A stretch of 64,000 nucleotides of DNA. Origin: Phycisphaeraceae bacterium (GTDB lineage: Bacteria; Planctomycetota; Phycisphaerae; Phycisphaerales; Phycisphaeraceae). The notes under the pieces are model-generated. The model ran no database searches, was not told where the DNA came from, and saw only the letters and a program-made list of their open reading frames with translations. Location of the stretch: the NCBI GenBank assembly GCA_963674705.1, contig OY771506.1:2752001-2816000 (forward strand). Direction: 5' to 3'. Positions 19,655 to 30,176 of this stretch are shown here, piece after piece. Each line of letters starts with the position of its first letter. The stretch's first letter is position 1. A program made the translations under genes and the position numbers.

Positions 19655-20722
19655 ATGAGAATCTCAGTTATCGATCCGATCGGTCGTGCCTGGAACCGAA
19701 TGGTCGATATTTTGTTCAAGCCATTCGATATCACGCTGTGGTTCTGTCTGGGGTTTACCGTCTTCCTGGCGAACCTCGGCAGGGGCGGCGGTTTTAACTT
19801 CCAATACCGAGGTGGCGGTGGTGGCGGCGGTCCGAGCGGCCCGCAAGCCTGGGACATGATCCATGAAGCGATCCAATGGGTTCAGGACCATGCAATCCTG
19901 GTGATCAGCCTCGCTCTGCTTGGCTTCATCCTGATTAATGCCATTACCGCCGTGATGCTCTGGTTACGCAGCCGCGGCATCTTCATGGAGATCGACAACC
20001 TCGCCTTCGGCAGAGGGCTCGTCGTCAAACCTTGGCGCGAATTCCGACAGCACGGCAACAGCCTGTTTATTTTCAACTTCGTCGCCGGCTTTATCGTGTC
20101 TCTGTTTACGTATGCGGTGATGGCGCTGGCCGGCTACATCATGTGGCCCGATATCATGAATCGCGTCGTCGGCGAAAACATGATCTGGGGATTCATCGTA
20201 CTGGTTGCGATCCTGCCCCTGACCTGGGTCAACTATGTCATCATGGAGATGTTGTTGATCGACTTCATCGCCCCGACGATGTATCTGTTCGATCTACGCG
20301 TTGGCGATGCCTGGAAGCTCTGGTATCAGCAGGTATTCAGGGGCCACTTCTGGGTTCTCTGCCTCTTCTACCTGATGAAGATACTGCTGGGGTTCGCAGT
20401 GATATTTGTCGTGCTTTTCGCGTTCTGCATGACCCTTTGCATCGCGTACTGTATCGCAATCATACCTTATATCGGTACGGTCATGATGCTGCCGATATTC
20501 GTCTTCCAACGCTGCTACACGCTCTACTTCCTCGAACAATTCGGCGAGCCCTGGCGCTTGTTTGTCTATGACCGTGAATCCCAACTGTGCGTGTCATGCG
20601 GGTACGACTTGCGTGGCAATCCAAACGCGACCCACTGCCCGGAATGCGGCATGCCTTTAGTTAAACCGGAACAGAACACGGGGCCCACGACTGAAGGATA
20701 CAGCCCTGTCGAACCGGACTGA
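19655..20722 (+). CDS. Multi-pass membrane protein with C-terminal zinc ribbon
   Basis: About 6 TM segments; CVSCGYDLRG...CPECG. Confidence 0.7.
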   Translation: MRISVIDPIGRAWNRMVDILFKPFDITLWFCLGFTVFLANLGRGGGFNFQYRGGGGGGGPSGPQAWDMIHEAIQWVQDHAILVISLALLGFILINAITAVMLWLRSRGIFMEIDNLAFGRGLVVKPWREFRQHGNSLFIFNFVAGFIVSLFTYAVMALAGYIMWPDIMNRVVGENMIWGFIVLVAILPLTWVNYVIMEMLLIDFIAPTMYLFDLRVGDAWKLWYQQVFRGHFWVLCLFYLMKILLGFAVIFVVLFAFCMTLCIAYCIAIIPYIGTVMMLPIFVFQRCYTLYFLEQFGEPWRLFVYDRESQLCVSCGYDLRGNPNATHCPECGMPLVKPEQNTGPTTEGYSPVEPD

Positions 20723-20758
20723 TGCTATGAATGCTCTTATTAAGGCTGGCACCGTATG

Positions 20759-23371
20759 TCACGCGGTCAGTCGTTGCTCGTGCACGCCAAGGATATATTC
20801 CGTAGCCTTGTCGGTGCTCAGTGGCCGAGAGAAGTAATAGCCCTGGGCGTTGTCGCATTCTAATGCCTGTAGTTGGGCAACCTGTGCGGCGGTCTCGATC
20901 CCCTCCGCGACCACGCTGATCCCCATCGTGTGTGCGAGCGTGACAATCGCTTGAATCACAGCGGTATACTCGATGCGCTGTTCCATGTTGCCGATGAATT
21001 CCCGATCGATCTTCAAGACGTTGATCGGGAACCGGTGCAGACAACTCAGGGAAGAATGTCCCGTGCCGAAGTCATCCATCGCCAACTGCACACCCAGCGA
21101 GCGTATCTCTTCCAGCACCGGCGTGATGCCATGACGGTCGTCCATGATCACGCTCTCGGTGATCTCCAGCTTGATATCCTTAGGATCGATTCCGGTTTCT
21201 TCGAAGGTGGTGATCAGGTTCTTGACCACCCCGGGGTGTGTGATCTGCTTTTTGGAGATATTCACATTCATGAACAGATCGCGAGCCTGTGGGTAGCATT
21301 TTTTCCACTTGTGCAGTTGCTTGCAGGCTTGCTGTAACACCCAACTGCCGATCTTGATGATCTCGCCTGTTTCCTCCGCGATCTCGATGAACAGTTCGGG
21401 TGAAATCGGCCCGTTGTCCGGGTGGTCCCACCGCAGCAAAGCCTCGAATCCCAGGAGCATGGCCGTGTCCAGGCTGACAATGGGTTGGTAGACCAGCTTC
21501 ATCTGTCCCAGCGCGATCGCGGTGCGCAGGTCCTTTTCCATGGTCAGCCGCTGAAGCGCCTTGGCATGCATCTGCTCATCAAACACGACGTAACGGGCCT
21601 TGCCCGCTGCCTTGGCGTGATACATCGCTGTGTCGGCGTCGCGTATCACCTCATCGGGTTTTTCGTACTGGTTGTTGTTCAGCACGATCCCGACGCTGGC
21701 GGTTGAGGTGACATCATGCCCCCCCAGGTTGTGCGGTTTGGCAAACGCCACCATCAGTCGTTCCGCGACCCGGATCGTGCCGTCAAGCCCGTCAACACCA
21801 TCCAGGAGCACTACGAACTCATCGCCCCCCAACCGTGCGGCCGTGTCGACCGTGCGTAACTGCACCCGAAGACGCTGAGCGATACTGATCAGCAGCATGT
21901 CCCCGTATTCATGACCCAGGCTGTCGTTGACAATCTTGAAGCGATCGAAGTCGAGGAACAATAGCGCAAATGTGTACGACTTGTTACGCTTGGCTCTAGC
22001 CAGCGCCGAACGCAGCAGATCTGTGATGTATGCACGGTTCGGCAGGCCCGTCAGCCTGTCGTGACGCGCCTGTTTGATCAGCTCGAATTCTGATTGCTTC
22101 TGTTGTGTGATATCCGATAGCGAGCCCGCAAGCCTGGTCGGCACACCCTTCTCATCACGAACCGCTACCCCCCGGCACAACACCCAACGCTCCTCGCCCT
22201 CACAAGTGATGATCTTGTATGTGCAGTTCAGCTTGTCTGTCCTGCCGCTCAGATACATCGCCAGGTCCGCATCAAATTGGGCTTTGCTGTTATCGCTTAT
22301 CCGCTTGCGCCAGTCTTCGAATGTCAGGTCCGACGCATCTTCCGGGTAACCGAAAATGCTCTTCCAACGTGGTGAGTAATACACCTCATCGGTGATCAAG
22401 TCCCAGTCCCAGAGCCCGTCGTTGGAGCTTTTGGCAACCAGTGCATAGCGCTGCTCGCTGCGTGCCAGCGCCAACTCTGCTTTCTTGCGCTCATCGAGTT
22501 CGCGGATGATGACCGCCGCCGCGACAACCTCGCCACGCGCATCCCGTACAGGCGCAAGCGTGAATGAGGTATTGATAAGCTTGCCATCCTTACGGACGTT
22601 CACAGTCTCGATGCTGTCGGATCGCTCCCCCCGTTTGACTTTCTCCATAAACGACAGGACATGGTTCCCATCTTCTTTCGGATACATGATGTTAGCGGGT
22701 TTACCGATCACCTCCTCCGCCGTGTACCCAAACAGCTTTTCCGCAGCCCCGTTCCAGGTCAGTATGATCCGGTCAAGCGTTTCGGTGAAGATCGCGTCCT
22801 CGCTTGTCTCCACCACGGAGGCGATCTGACGCAAGTCATGTTGGGTATTGAGATGGAAGCGCCTTTCGATCAGGCCGGCAATCACCAGCATCAGCAGTTC
22901 GAATTCCTGTTGCTGGATGTGGGGAGCGGATGTAACCGGTTCGCGTTTGAGAAAAATAAGTGTGCCGATGATGTGTCCGTCGATCCGAATCGGCATGCCG
23001 CAGTAGTAACAACATTCCGGCGGCAGCTTGTCAAACAATTGCTGGTTCGTTGTGTGCTTTTTCAGAAACGTAAACGCATCACGCTCGATGAGTTCGAGGC
23101 ACGCGGTATCCTGAAGGTCAAGTGTTTTGCCCGGCGGGAAGTTGTCGCCCCATGGCTCATGCGAAGACAGGATCGTCAGCACATTGTCTTGCAGGCTTGT
23201 GGCAACTCCGACGTCCATCCCGAAACGTCGGCAGCCAATCGATAACAGCTCGCCAAGTTGCTGCTGGGAGTTTTTACCCCCCTCACTGGCAAGCTCAAAA
23301 ATCGATCTTAGAAAAGCCTCGTGGCCGTTCAATGAACTTTCCCGTCGTCGGCTACTCTGTTTACCGAGCAT
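20759..23371 (-). CDS. GAF-PAS-PAS-GGDEF-EAL c-di-GMP enzyme
   Basis: Two PAS domains (WNGAAEKLFGY; DGLWDWD), RTVD I-site, GGDEF, EAL, DDFGTG. Confidence 0.93.
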   Translation of the reverse strand: MLGKQSSRRRESSLNGHEAFLRSIFELASEGGKNSQQQLGELLSIGCRRFGMDVGVATSLQDNVLTILSSHEPWGDNFPPGKTLDLQDTACLELIERDAFTFLKKHTTNQQLFDKLPPECCYYCGMPIRIDGHIIGTLIFLKREPVTSAPHIQQQEFELLMLVIAGLIERRFHLNTQHDLRQIASVVETSEDAIFTETLDRIILTWNGAAEKLFGYTAEEVIGKPANIMYPKEDGNHVLSFMEKVKRGERSDSIETVNVRKDGKLINTSFTLAPVRDARGEVVAAAVIIRELDERKKAELALARSEQRYALVAKSSNDGLWDWDLITDEVYYSPRWKSIFGYPEDASDLTFEDWRKRISDNSKAQFDADLAMYLSGRTDKLNCTYKIITCEGEERWVLCRGVAVRDEKGVPTRLAGSLSDITQQKQSEFELIKQARHDRLTGLPNRAYITDLLRSALARAKRNKSYTFALLFLDFDRFKIVNDSLGHEYGDMLLISIAQRLRVQLRTVDTAARLGGDEFVVLLDGVDGLDGTIRVAERLMVAFAKPHNLGGHDVTSTASVGIVLNNNQYEKPDEVIRDADTAMYHAKAAGKARYVVFDEQMHAKALQRLTMEKDLRTAIALGQMKLVYQPIVSLDTAMLLGFEALLRWDHPDNGPISPELFIEIAEETGEIIKIGSWVLQQACKQLHKWKKCYPQARDLFMNVNISKKQITHPGVVKNLITTFEETGIDPKDIKLEITESVIMDDRHGITPVLEEIRSLGVQLAMDDFGTGHSSLSCLHRFPINVLKIDREFIGNMEQRIEYTAVIQAIVTLAHTMGISVVAEGIETAAQVAQLQALECDNAQGYYFSRPLSTDKATEYILGVHEQRLTA

Positions 23372-23440
23372 CGGCCCACCTGGCTCGTCTGACGCCTCGG
23401 TAAATCACACATTGAAACTCCCAATTGCACAGCCTAAGTA

Positions 23441-23467
23441 TCTTCGGTATCAGAGCATGTGTACTTA
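23441..23467 (-). promoter_or_regulatory. sigma28-like promoter candidate for the GGDEF-EAL gene
   Basis: TAAG-N15-ACCGAAGA versus TAAA-N15-GCCGATAA. Confidence 0.35.
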
Positions 23468-23564
23468 ATCCCGATTGCCTAACTCGCTTGTGGTGGGAGG
23501 CTTGGATTCACCGCCTATAATCAGCTTTCGGTCAACACCCCATAACAACCGCGAGCACAGCCCA

Positions 23565-24797
23565 ATGCGACACGTCCTCTTAGCCCTGGCCATCTACCCG
23601 CTGCTTGTTATCTGCTGCTCCGATAACAACACCTACGCTACCGAACCGCCGCCGGAGACAAAGGTCGGCATCAATCTGCGCGACCTCATCGAGTACACCG
23701 ACGGGCGAACCGGCGACACGCTCTACCCGGTCAACGTCAATAACTGGTGGGGTTACATGAACCAGCAGGGCAACCTCGTCGTCTTCCCGCAGTACGAATG
23801 GACGGATTACTTCGACGATGGACTGGCGCGAGCCGTTATCAACGGCAAGACCGGCTACCTCAAGAAAAGCGGCAACTGGATACTCCCACCGATATACCCC
23901 TATGCCGATCGTTTCGCCGAGGGACGCGCTGTGGTCGGTGACGGCGCACTCTACGGCTACATCGAAAAGTCCGGCAAACTACTGACGCCCATTCAGTATG
24001 AAGCCGCTTTGCGATTCAGCGAAGGCATGGCGGCGGTGAGTAACAATGGGCGATGCGGCTACATCAATCAAACGGGCAAGTTGGTGTTGCCCATGGAATA
24101 TGTTCAAGCCAGGTCGTTCCACGACGGTAAGGCGGCCGTGGGTTGGCTTGTCAACGGCAAAACCATCTTCGGCTACATCGACCGACGCGGCCGCGAAGTC
24201 TTCGTGGACCACTCCGGTGAAGTCGAAGCGCTCGGCGACTTCTGTGACGGCATGGCGCGTGTGAAGGGGCGTGGTAAGTGGGGGTATCTGGATAAGACAA
24301 TGAAGCTCGTTATTCCCGCTCGTTTCGATGAAGCACGCGACTTCACCAACGGCGTCGCGGCCGTCCGCGTCGAACAGCAGTGGGGATATATCGATAAATC
24401 GGGCAGGTTTCTTATCCAGCCGGTATATGAAATGGCGGATGATCTGGACGAAACTCTCGCCATGATCACACTCAATGGAAAGATCGGTTACGTGAACAAA
24501 GCGGGGCAAATGATCATCGAACCACATTTCTCATTTGGTGAACCATTTGTTTTTAAATACGCGCGCGTGGGTGAAACGAACAAGTTCGGCTACATCGATC
24601 GTCAGGGATTGGTCAAGTGGGACCCGGAAGTTGCGGTGCAGGGATTTATCAATCGGCGCCCGAAAGAATACCTCACCATCAAGACTGATCCTGAACTGAT
24701 ATACAATCGTACGGTTGATGCGCCACCCTACCGCGAGCCAGCAAAAACGCTATACCCACCGGAATATTTGAACGATCAATCCTTGCCTATCGAATAG
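23565..24797 (+). CDS. WG-repeat (KWG) protein, exported
   Basis: Repeated F.EG.A.V...GKWGYID..G units; signal peptide. Confidence 0.9.
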   Translation: MRHVLLALAIYPLLVICCSDNNTYATEPPPETKVGINLRDLIEYTDGRTGDTLYPVNVNNWWGYMNQQGNLVVFPQYEWTDYFDDGLARAVINGKTGYLKKSGNWILPPIYPYADRFAEGRAVVGDGALYGYIEKSGKLLTPIQYEAALRFSEGMAAVSNNGRCGYINQTGKLVLPMEYVQARSFHDGKAAVGWLVNGKTIFGYIDRRGREVFVDHSGEVEALGDFCDGMARVKGRGKWGYLDKTMKLVIPARFDEARDFTNGVAAVRVEQQWGYIDKSGRFLIQPVYEMADDLDETLAMITLNGKIGYVNKAGQMIIEPHFSFGEPFVFKYARVGETNKFGYIDRQGLVKWDPEVAVQGFINRRPKEYLTIKTDPELIYNRTVDAPPYREPAKTLYPPEYLNDQSLPIE

Positions 24798-25022
24798 AAA
24801 CAGCGCAAAGATGTTTCTGTTTTGTTTGAAATATATACATGGATTGTAGAAAGGTGTTTTTCGTCCGTTGAGCACGGCTTCATATGTATGACAACTTGTA
24901 TGTACATCAACGCGAAATTGAATGCATGACTTCTTGGTGAAGTTTTCGACAATTTGTCTCGATTTTTAGATGTTCATGCGTATGATGGAATTGTGTGGGG
25001 TTAAACATTAAGGAGTAATACC

Positions 25023-25487
25023 ATGTTCAACTCCGAACCCGATCCCAATCAGATGCCGGACTTCGAACCCGATCACGAAGCTGATGATGGTCAGTGGATC
25101 GATCCAGAAGACATCGATCCCCAAGACGCTGAGCAACGGATCGAAGTGCCCGACTACTTCCCGGATGAGTTACCACTCTTCATGCCCGGGGCGCTTGTCA
25201 GGCATCGGCGCTACGGTTACCGCGGCGTCGTCGTCGACTTCGACATGACCTGTCATGCCGACGACGAGTGGTACAACGCCAACCCCGCACACCCTGATCG
25301 TGACCAGCCCTGGTGCCACATCCTGGTGCATGGCTCCACGATCAACACCTACGCCGCGCAGGAAAACCTCGTCGCCGACACCACGGGCGCCCCGATCGAT
25401 CACCCGCTTGTCCAGCACTTTTTCCGTGATGTGGATGAGCAAGGCTATCGTCGCAACGACGAGCCTTGGCCTAACTTTGATGAATGA
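25023..25487 (+). CDS. hspQ: Heat shock protein HspQ (YccV-like) with acidic N-extension
   Basis: G.LVRHRRYGYRGVVVDFD, QPW.HILV, TYAAQENL, IDHP. Confidence 0.85.
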   Translation: MFNSEPDPNQMPDFEPDHEADDGQWIDPEDIDPQDAEQRIEVPDYFPDELPLFMPGALVRHRRYGYRGVVVDFDMTCHADDEWYNANPAHPDRDQPWCHILVHGSTINTYAAQENLVADTTGAPIDHPLVQHFFRDVDEQGYRRNDEPWPNFDE

Positions 25488-26209
25488 GTTTGCGCATCAA
25501 CGTGACGCCGAACAATGTCCATGATGTAGCGATTGACCGTTTCGGGGTGTGAGAAAACCAGAACATGCCGGCCCTTTGGCAGGATCGTGTCGGGATCGCC
25601 CTGATGCAGGGGAATGATTGCGTCCCGCTTGCCATGGATCTGGTAGATCGGTGGGAAGTCCGTCTCGCTGCGAGGATCAAATTCCCAGTCAGCGCAGGCG
25701 TACCCGCCCCAACGGAGGCGATACGCATCCGTATCCGCCGCCATACGCATCATCAGTGCCCGATGGGGGCCGTCCATCTGGTCAAGCCATGCGATCCACA
25801 GACCTCCCGCGGCTCGCAGCGTTCGCCCGAGAAGCGACTGCGGGATACATGCCCCTACCTTCCGTGCGACCTGCCAACGGTCCGGTTTAGCAAACTTACT
25901 GCGACAACTGCCGATCAGGATCACCGCCTCCGGTCGAAGATGACGCGCCATCTCCAGCGCGATCATCCCACCAAACGACACGCCGCCGAGAAATAGCGGC
26001 CGCGTGTCGTCCGGTTCAGGATGTAACTGTTCCGCCCAGCGTTTCGTGTAGTCGTCTAACGCCTCGTCCGGCACAGGCTCAAGCCAATCCGGACACTCCA
26101 GGTCGTCGCCAAGTAAACGCTTCTGCCGCTCGAACATCCGAGCGTCCGCACCAAGTCCCGGGAATAGCACGATCCGCGCGGGGATGTAGCGTTTCACCAA
26201 CGCCTCCAT
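25445..26209 (-). CDS. Alpha/beta hydrolase
   Basis: PGLGADARMF, GVSFGG nucleophile elbow, IHG..D..IP, GRH. Confidence 0.85.
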   Translation of the reverse strand: MEALVKRYIPARIVLFPGLGADARMFERQKRLLGDDLECPDWLEPVPDEALDDYTKRWAEQLHPEPDDTRPLFLGGVSFGGMIALEMARHLRPEAVILIGSCRSKFAKPDRWQVARKVGACIPQSLLGRTLRAAGGLWIAWLDQMDGPHRALMMRMAADTDAYRLRWGGYACADWEFDPRSETDFPPIYQIHGKRDAIIPLHQGDPDTILPKGRHVLVFSHPETVNRYIMDIVRRHVDAQTHSSKLGQGSSLRR

Positions 26210-26263
26210 CAGACCGCGATGCCCGGACGTGGATCCGAGCATCGCGCTGGTTCCAATGCAAGT

Positions 26264-27037
26264 TTATTCGATGCCAACCAGTTCGATCTCGAAGATCAGC
26301 GCCTGGTTCGGACCGATCGATCCGTCCTGATTGCCGTACTCGCCGTACGCCAGGTCCGGCGGGATCACCAGTTCCCACTTGTCGCCGACCTTCATCATCT
26401 GAAGCGCTTCAACCCAACCGGGGATCACACGCCCGACCGGGAAGCTGACCGGCTCGCCTTCATCCGAGCTATCGAACTCCTTGCCGTCGATCAGCGTGCC
26501 CTTGTAGTTCGCCTGCACCACATCTTCAGCGGTCGGTGTTGCGCCGTCGCCTTGCTTGATCACCCGGTATTGCAGGCCGGAGTCGGTGACCTTGACACCT
26601 TCTTTCTTGGCGTTTTCATCCAGGAAGGCCTTGCTGTCAGCCAGGTTCTGCTGCATCTGCTGCATCATCTTCTGTTGCATCTGCATCTGGAACATGAACA
26701 TGGCCTGGCTCATCTGCTGCTCTGTCAGACGCGATTCACCACCGCCCAGGCCGGCCCGCAGCCCTTCGATAAGCTGTTCGGTATCGAAGCCGGCGTTGCG
26801 CTTGCTCATGTCTGAACCGATCGTGTAGCCGATCGTGTAGCTGATGTCTTCATTGCTGAATTCCGGCAGTTCCAAACCCGCCATCGGGTCCTGTGGCATC
26901 GCTTCTTCCGCGGTCGCCGGCGCCTCGGCTGTTTCCGTCGCCGGCTCTGGCGCCACTTCTTCAGCGAAGCTGGGCAGGGCTAGCGTTGAAAGGGTCAGGC
27001 ATAGGGCAGAGGCCCCGTAGATCTTCATGGATTGCAT
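26264..27037 (-). CDS. FKBP-type peptidyl-prolyl isomerase (FkpA/Mip-like)
   Basis: SYTIG N-domain, SGLQY, YKGTLIDGKEFDSS, VIPGWVEAL, IPPDLAYG. Confidence 0.95.
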   Translation of the reverse strand: MQSMKIYGASALCLTLSTLALPSFAEEVAPEPATETAEAPATAEEAMPQDPMAGLELPEFSNEDISYTIGYTIGSDMSKRNAGFDTEQLIEGLRAGLGGGESRLTEQQMSQAMFMFQMQMQQKMMQQMQQNLADSKAFLDENAKKEGVKVTDSGLQYRVIKQGDGATPTAEDVVQANYKGTLIDGKEFDSSDEGEPVSFPVGRVIPGWVEALQMMKVGDKWELVIPPDLAYGEYGNQDGSIGPNQALIFEIELVGIE

Positions 27038-27200
27038 CTTGAGGTTCCGTACAAGGTTATTGCTTAACACGCGCAATGGCATAAGCCAGCCATCATAGCG
27101 GATTACCGCCATCGATGACGCTTACGACCATACATCATAGACGCCAAAATCGGTGTCAGGTTCTGACACCCCCGGGGTTACTTTGCCCATCTCGGCGCGT

Positions 27201-27328
27201 AAAACAGGCCCGCCGAGGGTGGGGGCATCCTCTACTGCGGGCCTGAGGGGGGTGGCTGCATGAATCCGGCAACTGATTGTTTGTTTCCGCCTCTAAACGA
27301 ACCGACAAGGGCTCTTCCTTATTCCTGC
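27201..27328 (-). ncRNA. Candidate small structured RNA or attenuated leader
   Basis: TATAAT at 27339..27334; 5' GCAGGAAU can pair with AUUCAUGC; ends in long GC hairpin plus TTTT. Confidence 0.3.
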
Positions 27329-27400
27329 GTGGCATTATATCCATGTACTTTTTAGATTTCTTCACTTTCTATAATGCGAAGGATTTAATTTCATCAGCCC

Positions 27401-27838
27401 GTGAGTCGTGACATGAACCATGATTTGCCTGAAACAGCCCATACCCATCCGCCGAACCAAGTCAGAGTCGTTTTGCTTGTGGGGCACTGCGGTTTCGATG
27501 AATCTTCGCTGGCGCGGGCTGTCGCCGGTGCCTTGCCGGACATCGATATCCTCTCCGCCGCCGGCCGGCAGGACCTCGACCAGCATGCGAATCCCGGTTC
27601 GCTCTGGCTGATCAACCGTGTGCTTGATGGTCGGTTCAAGGCGCGTTCAGGTGTCGAGTTGATAGCACTCTACGCCCAAAATGAACAGGGGCCGCGGATG
27701 ATGCTGATCTCCAATTACGCTGACGCCCAGGCCGATGCCGTCCAAGTCGGCGCGCTGCCCGGTTTCGGCAAGCAAGCGTTACGTTCGCCCGAGACAGTCG
27801 ACAAACTCAAAGCCGCCGCGGGTAGTAGCCATCAGTAG
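27401..27838 (+). CDS. CheY-like (pseudo-)receiver protein
   Basis: VLLVGHCGFD..LINRVLDG..GVELI..MLISNY..GA.PGFGK; Asn at the phospho-Asp position. Confidence 0.65.
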   Translation: MSRDMNHDLPETAHTHPPNQVRVVLLVGHCGFDESSLARAVAGALPDIDILSAAGRQDLDQHANPGSLWLINRVLDGRFKARSGVELIALYAQNEQGPRMMLISNYADAQADAVQVGALPGFGKQALRSPETVDKLKAAAGSSHQ

Positions 27839-28033
27839 CATAAAGCCCGGCGATGGCATGGCCGGGTTGCCCACAGATGCAATCTGTGGGCTTCAAGCAC
27901 CCAATGAATTCGACAAACGCACCGTCCAGCGCCGTTTCCCTGCAAACTCGGCCATCCTCGAATATCATCGTCTCATTCACGCGGCATGTCTTTTCGTCGT
28001 GAGTTACTGGCAGGGCAGTGGTTCGAGGTGATT

Positions 28034-29083
28034 ATGGGTTCAAGTCGACGGACATCATTACGGCTTAACGGGCTGCGCCAATGGGTGCAAAAATCCGATG
28101 ATGCGCTTTTAGACATGCGTATGTGTGATCTGGGCGTGACCGTTGAACGCCCGCCGCTGAAACGCCGCGTCAAACGGCTCTACGGCGAATTGGAACGTAA
28201 AGGGCTAAACTTCAAACCCCATGTCTGGCTATCCAGCGAGTGGTTCAGCCCCGACGGCGTGCCCGGCATCGCGATCCCGTTCTACCTGGCACATCCCCGG
28301 CTGATAAAGCTCGAAAAATCACGCATGCTTGAGGTGGAAGGGGGGAGCGAATCGCAATGCGCCAAGATCCTCCGCCACGAAGCGGGCCACTGCATCGATA
28401 CCGCTTACCGTTTGCATCGCCGTAAGAAGTGGCGCGAGTTGTTCGGCTCGTTCGCTGAACCCTACCCGCAGATGTACAACCCCAAGCCCGGCAGCCGCAA
28501 CTACGTGCTGCACCTGGATTGGTGGTATGCCCAGGCGCACCCGGCCGAAGACTTCGCCGAGACCTTCGCCGTCTGGCTTACGCCCAATTCCCGCTGGCGC
28601 AGCCGGTACAAGGGCTGGCCCGCACTCCGCAAGCTGCTGTACGTCGATGAATTGATGAAAGAGATCGCCGGCCAGTCCGCGCCCGTTCGCTCTCGCAGAA
28701 AAGTCGAGCCGCTTTCTCAGCTCAAAACCACGCTGCGCGAACACTACCGACGTAAACGCCTTTATTACGGCGATGAATGGCCGGACTTCTACGATACCGA
28801 CCTGCGCAAACTCTTCTCAGACGATCCACGCTACCGTGACAAGCCAACCGCCGCGGCGTTTCTGCGGAGCGTGCGCCCGCAGGTCCGTGAAGCAGTCGCT
28901 CGATGGACCGGCACCCATGCCTATACCGTCGACCAGGTCCTGCGTGACATGATTGACCGTTGTAAGGAACTCAAACTCCGATTGGCTGTGCCCGAACGTC
29001 TTGCCAGGACTGAAGCGATGATGATGGTTTCGGTTCAGACAATGAACTTTTTACACACCGGGCGCAGGAGAGTTGCTCTATGA
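28034..29083 (+). CDS. Putative zinc-binding metallopeptidase (zincin-like)
   Basis: HEAGH zinc motif, YAQAHPAEDFAETFAVW; GAGGTG RBS. Confidence 0.85.
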   Translation: MGSSRRTSLRLNGLRQWVQKSDDALLDMRMCDLGVTVERPPLKRRVKRLYGELERKGLNFKPHVWLSSEWFSPDGVPGIAIPFYLAHPRLIKLEKSRMLEVEGGSESQCAKILRHEAGHCIDTAYRLHRRKKWRELFGSFAEPYPQMYNPKPGSRNYVLHLDWWYAQAHPAEDFAETFAVWLTPNSRWRSRYKGWPALRKLLYVDELMKEIAGQSAPVRSRRKVEPLSQLKTTLREHYRRKRLYYGDEWPDFYDTDLRKLFSDDPRYRDKPTAAAFLRSVRPQVREAVARWTGTHAYTVDQVLRDMIDRCKELKLRLAVPERLARTEAMMMVSVQTMNFLHTGRRRVAL

Positions 29084-30114
29084 GCCGATTCCGCAAAAAA
29101 CGCGTCGCGGTCCTGCTTCACGAAGACCTCGTCCCGCCAGATTCGATCGAAGGGATGACTGACGAGCAGATTGCACCGTTCAAGACCGAATTTGATGTCG
29201 TTGCCACGCTGCGCGAAATGGGCCACGACGTGATCACGCTTGGCGTTTCGGATGATCTGGGCGTGATCCGCCGGGCAATCGAGCAATCCAAACCGCATAT
29301 CTGCTTCAATCTGCTCGAAGAATTCCATGGCGTTGGCGTCTACGACGCGCACGTGGTCAGTTTCCTGGAACTGATGCGTCAGCCTTACACCGGCAGCAAC
29401 CCACGCGGCCTGATGCTGGCTCACAACAAGGCATTGTCCAAGATGATCTGCCGATATCACCGCATCCCCGTACCAAGCTTTGCCGAGTATCCGATCGGCC
29501 GAAAGGTCCGGCGGCCAGGCAAGCTGAAGTTCCCGTTGTTGGTCAAATCACTGACCGAGGAGGGGTCGGTCGGTATCAGTCAGGCGTCCGTGGTCTACGA
29601 TGATGAACACCTCGTTGAGCGCGTTGAGTTTATCCACCGTACGGTCGGCACCGATGCGATCGCGGAGCAGTACATCGAAGGCCGAGAGCTGTATGTCGGT
29701 GTGCTCGGTAACGATCGGTTACAGGTCCTGCCCGTCTGGGAGATGGTCTTCCCCAAGTTGCGTGGAGACGCTCCGAAGATCGCTACGGGTAAGATCAAGT
29801 GGGATGCGCGGTACCAGAAGAAGATCGGCCTGACCACCAAACCCGCCAAGGGCCTGGACGAATCACAGCAGCGATACATCCAGCACCTGTGCAAGCGCAT
29901 CTACCGCTCGCTGGGATTGTCCGGTTATGCGCGCATGGACTTGCGACTTGCTCCCGACGGCCGAGCCTATCTGATCGAAGCCAATCCGAACCCGAATCTC
30001 TCGTATGGCGAAGACTTCGCCGAGTCCGCCGAACGCGCCGGGATGGATTACGATGAGTTGCTGCACAAACTGATCAACCTGGGTTTGCGCTACCGCTTGC
30101 AGGGCCAGGCGTAA
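29080..30114 (+). CDS. ATP-grasp ligase, D-Ala-D-Ala ligase-like
   Basis: PYTGS, FPLLVK...E.S.GI, EQYIEGRE, GYARMDLR, IEANPNP; ATGA overlap with peptidase. Confidence 0.85.
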   Translation: MSRFRKKRVAVLLHEDLVPPDSIEGMTDEQIAPFKTEFDVVATLREMGHDVITLGVSDDLGVIRRAIEQSKPHICFNLLEEFHGVGVYDAHVVSFLELMRQPYTGSNPRGLMLAHNKALSKMICRYHRIPVPSFAEYPIGRKVRRPGKLKFPLLVKSLTEEGSVGISQASVVYDDEHLVERVEFIHRTVGTDAIAEQYIEGRELYVGVLGNDRLQVLPVWEMVFPKLRGDAPKIATGKIKWDARYQKKIGLTTKPAKGLDESQQRYIQHLCKRIYRSLGLSGYARMDLRLAPDGRAYLIEANPNPNLSYGEDFAESAERAGMDYDELLHKLINLGLRYRLQGQA

Positions 30115-30176
30115 GTCCGGATAACCCAACCCACCGGTAGAACCCTGTGCGTCAATTCCGTGCTTACGGATTTGTC

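Noticed and set aside
29080..30114. Canonical ddl
   Set aside because: It lacks typical Ddl N-terminal and C-terminal signatures and is not in a cell-wall cluster; no symbol assigned.
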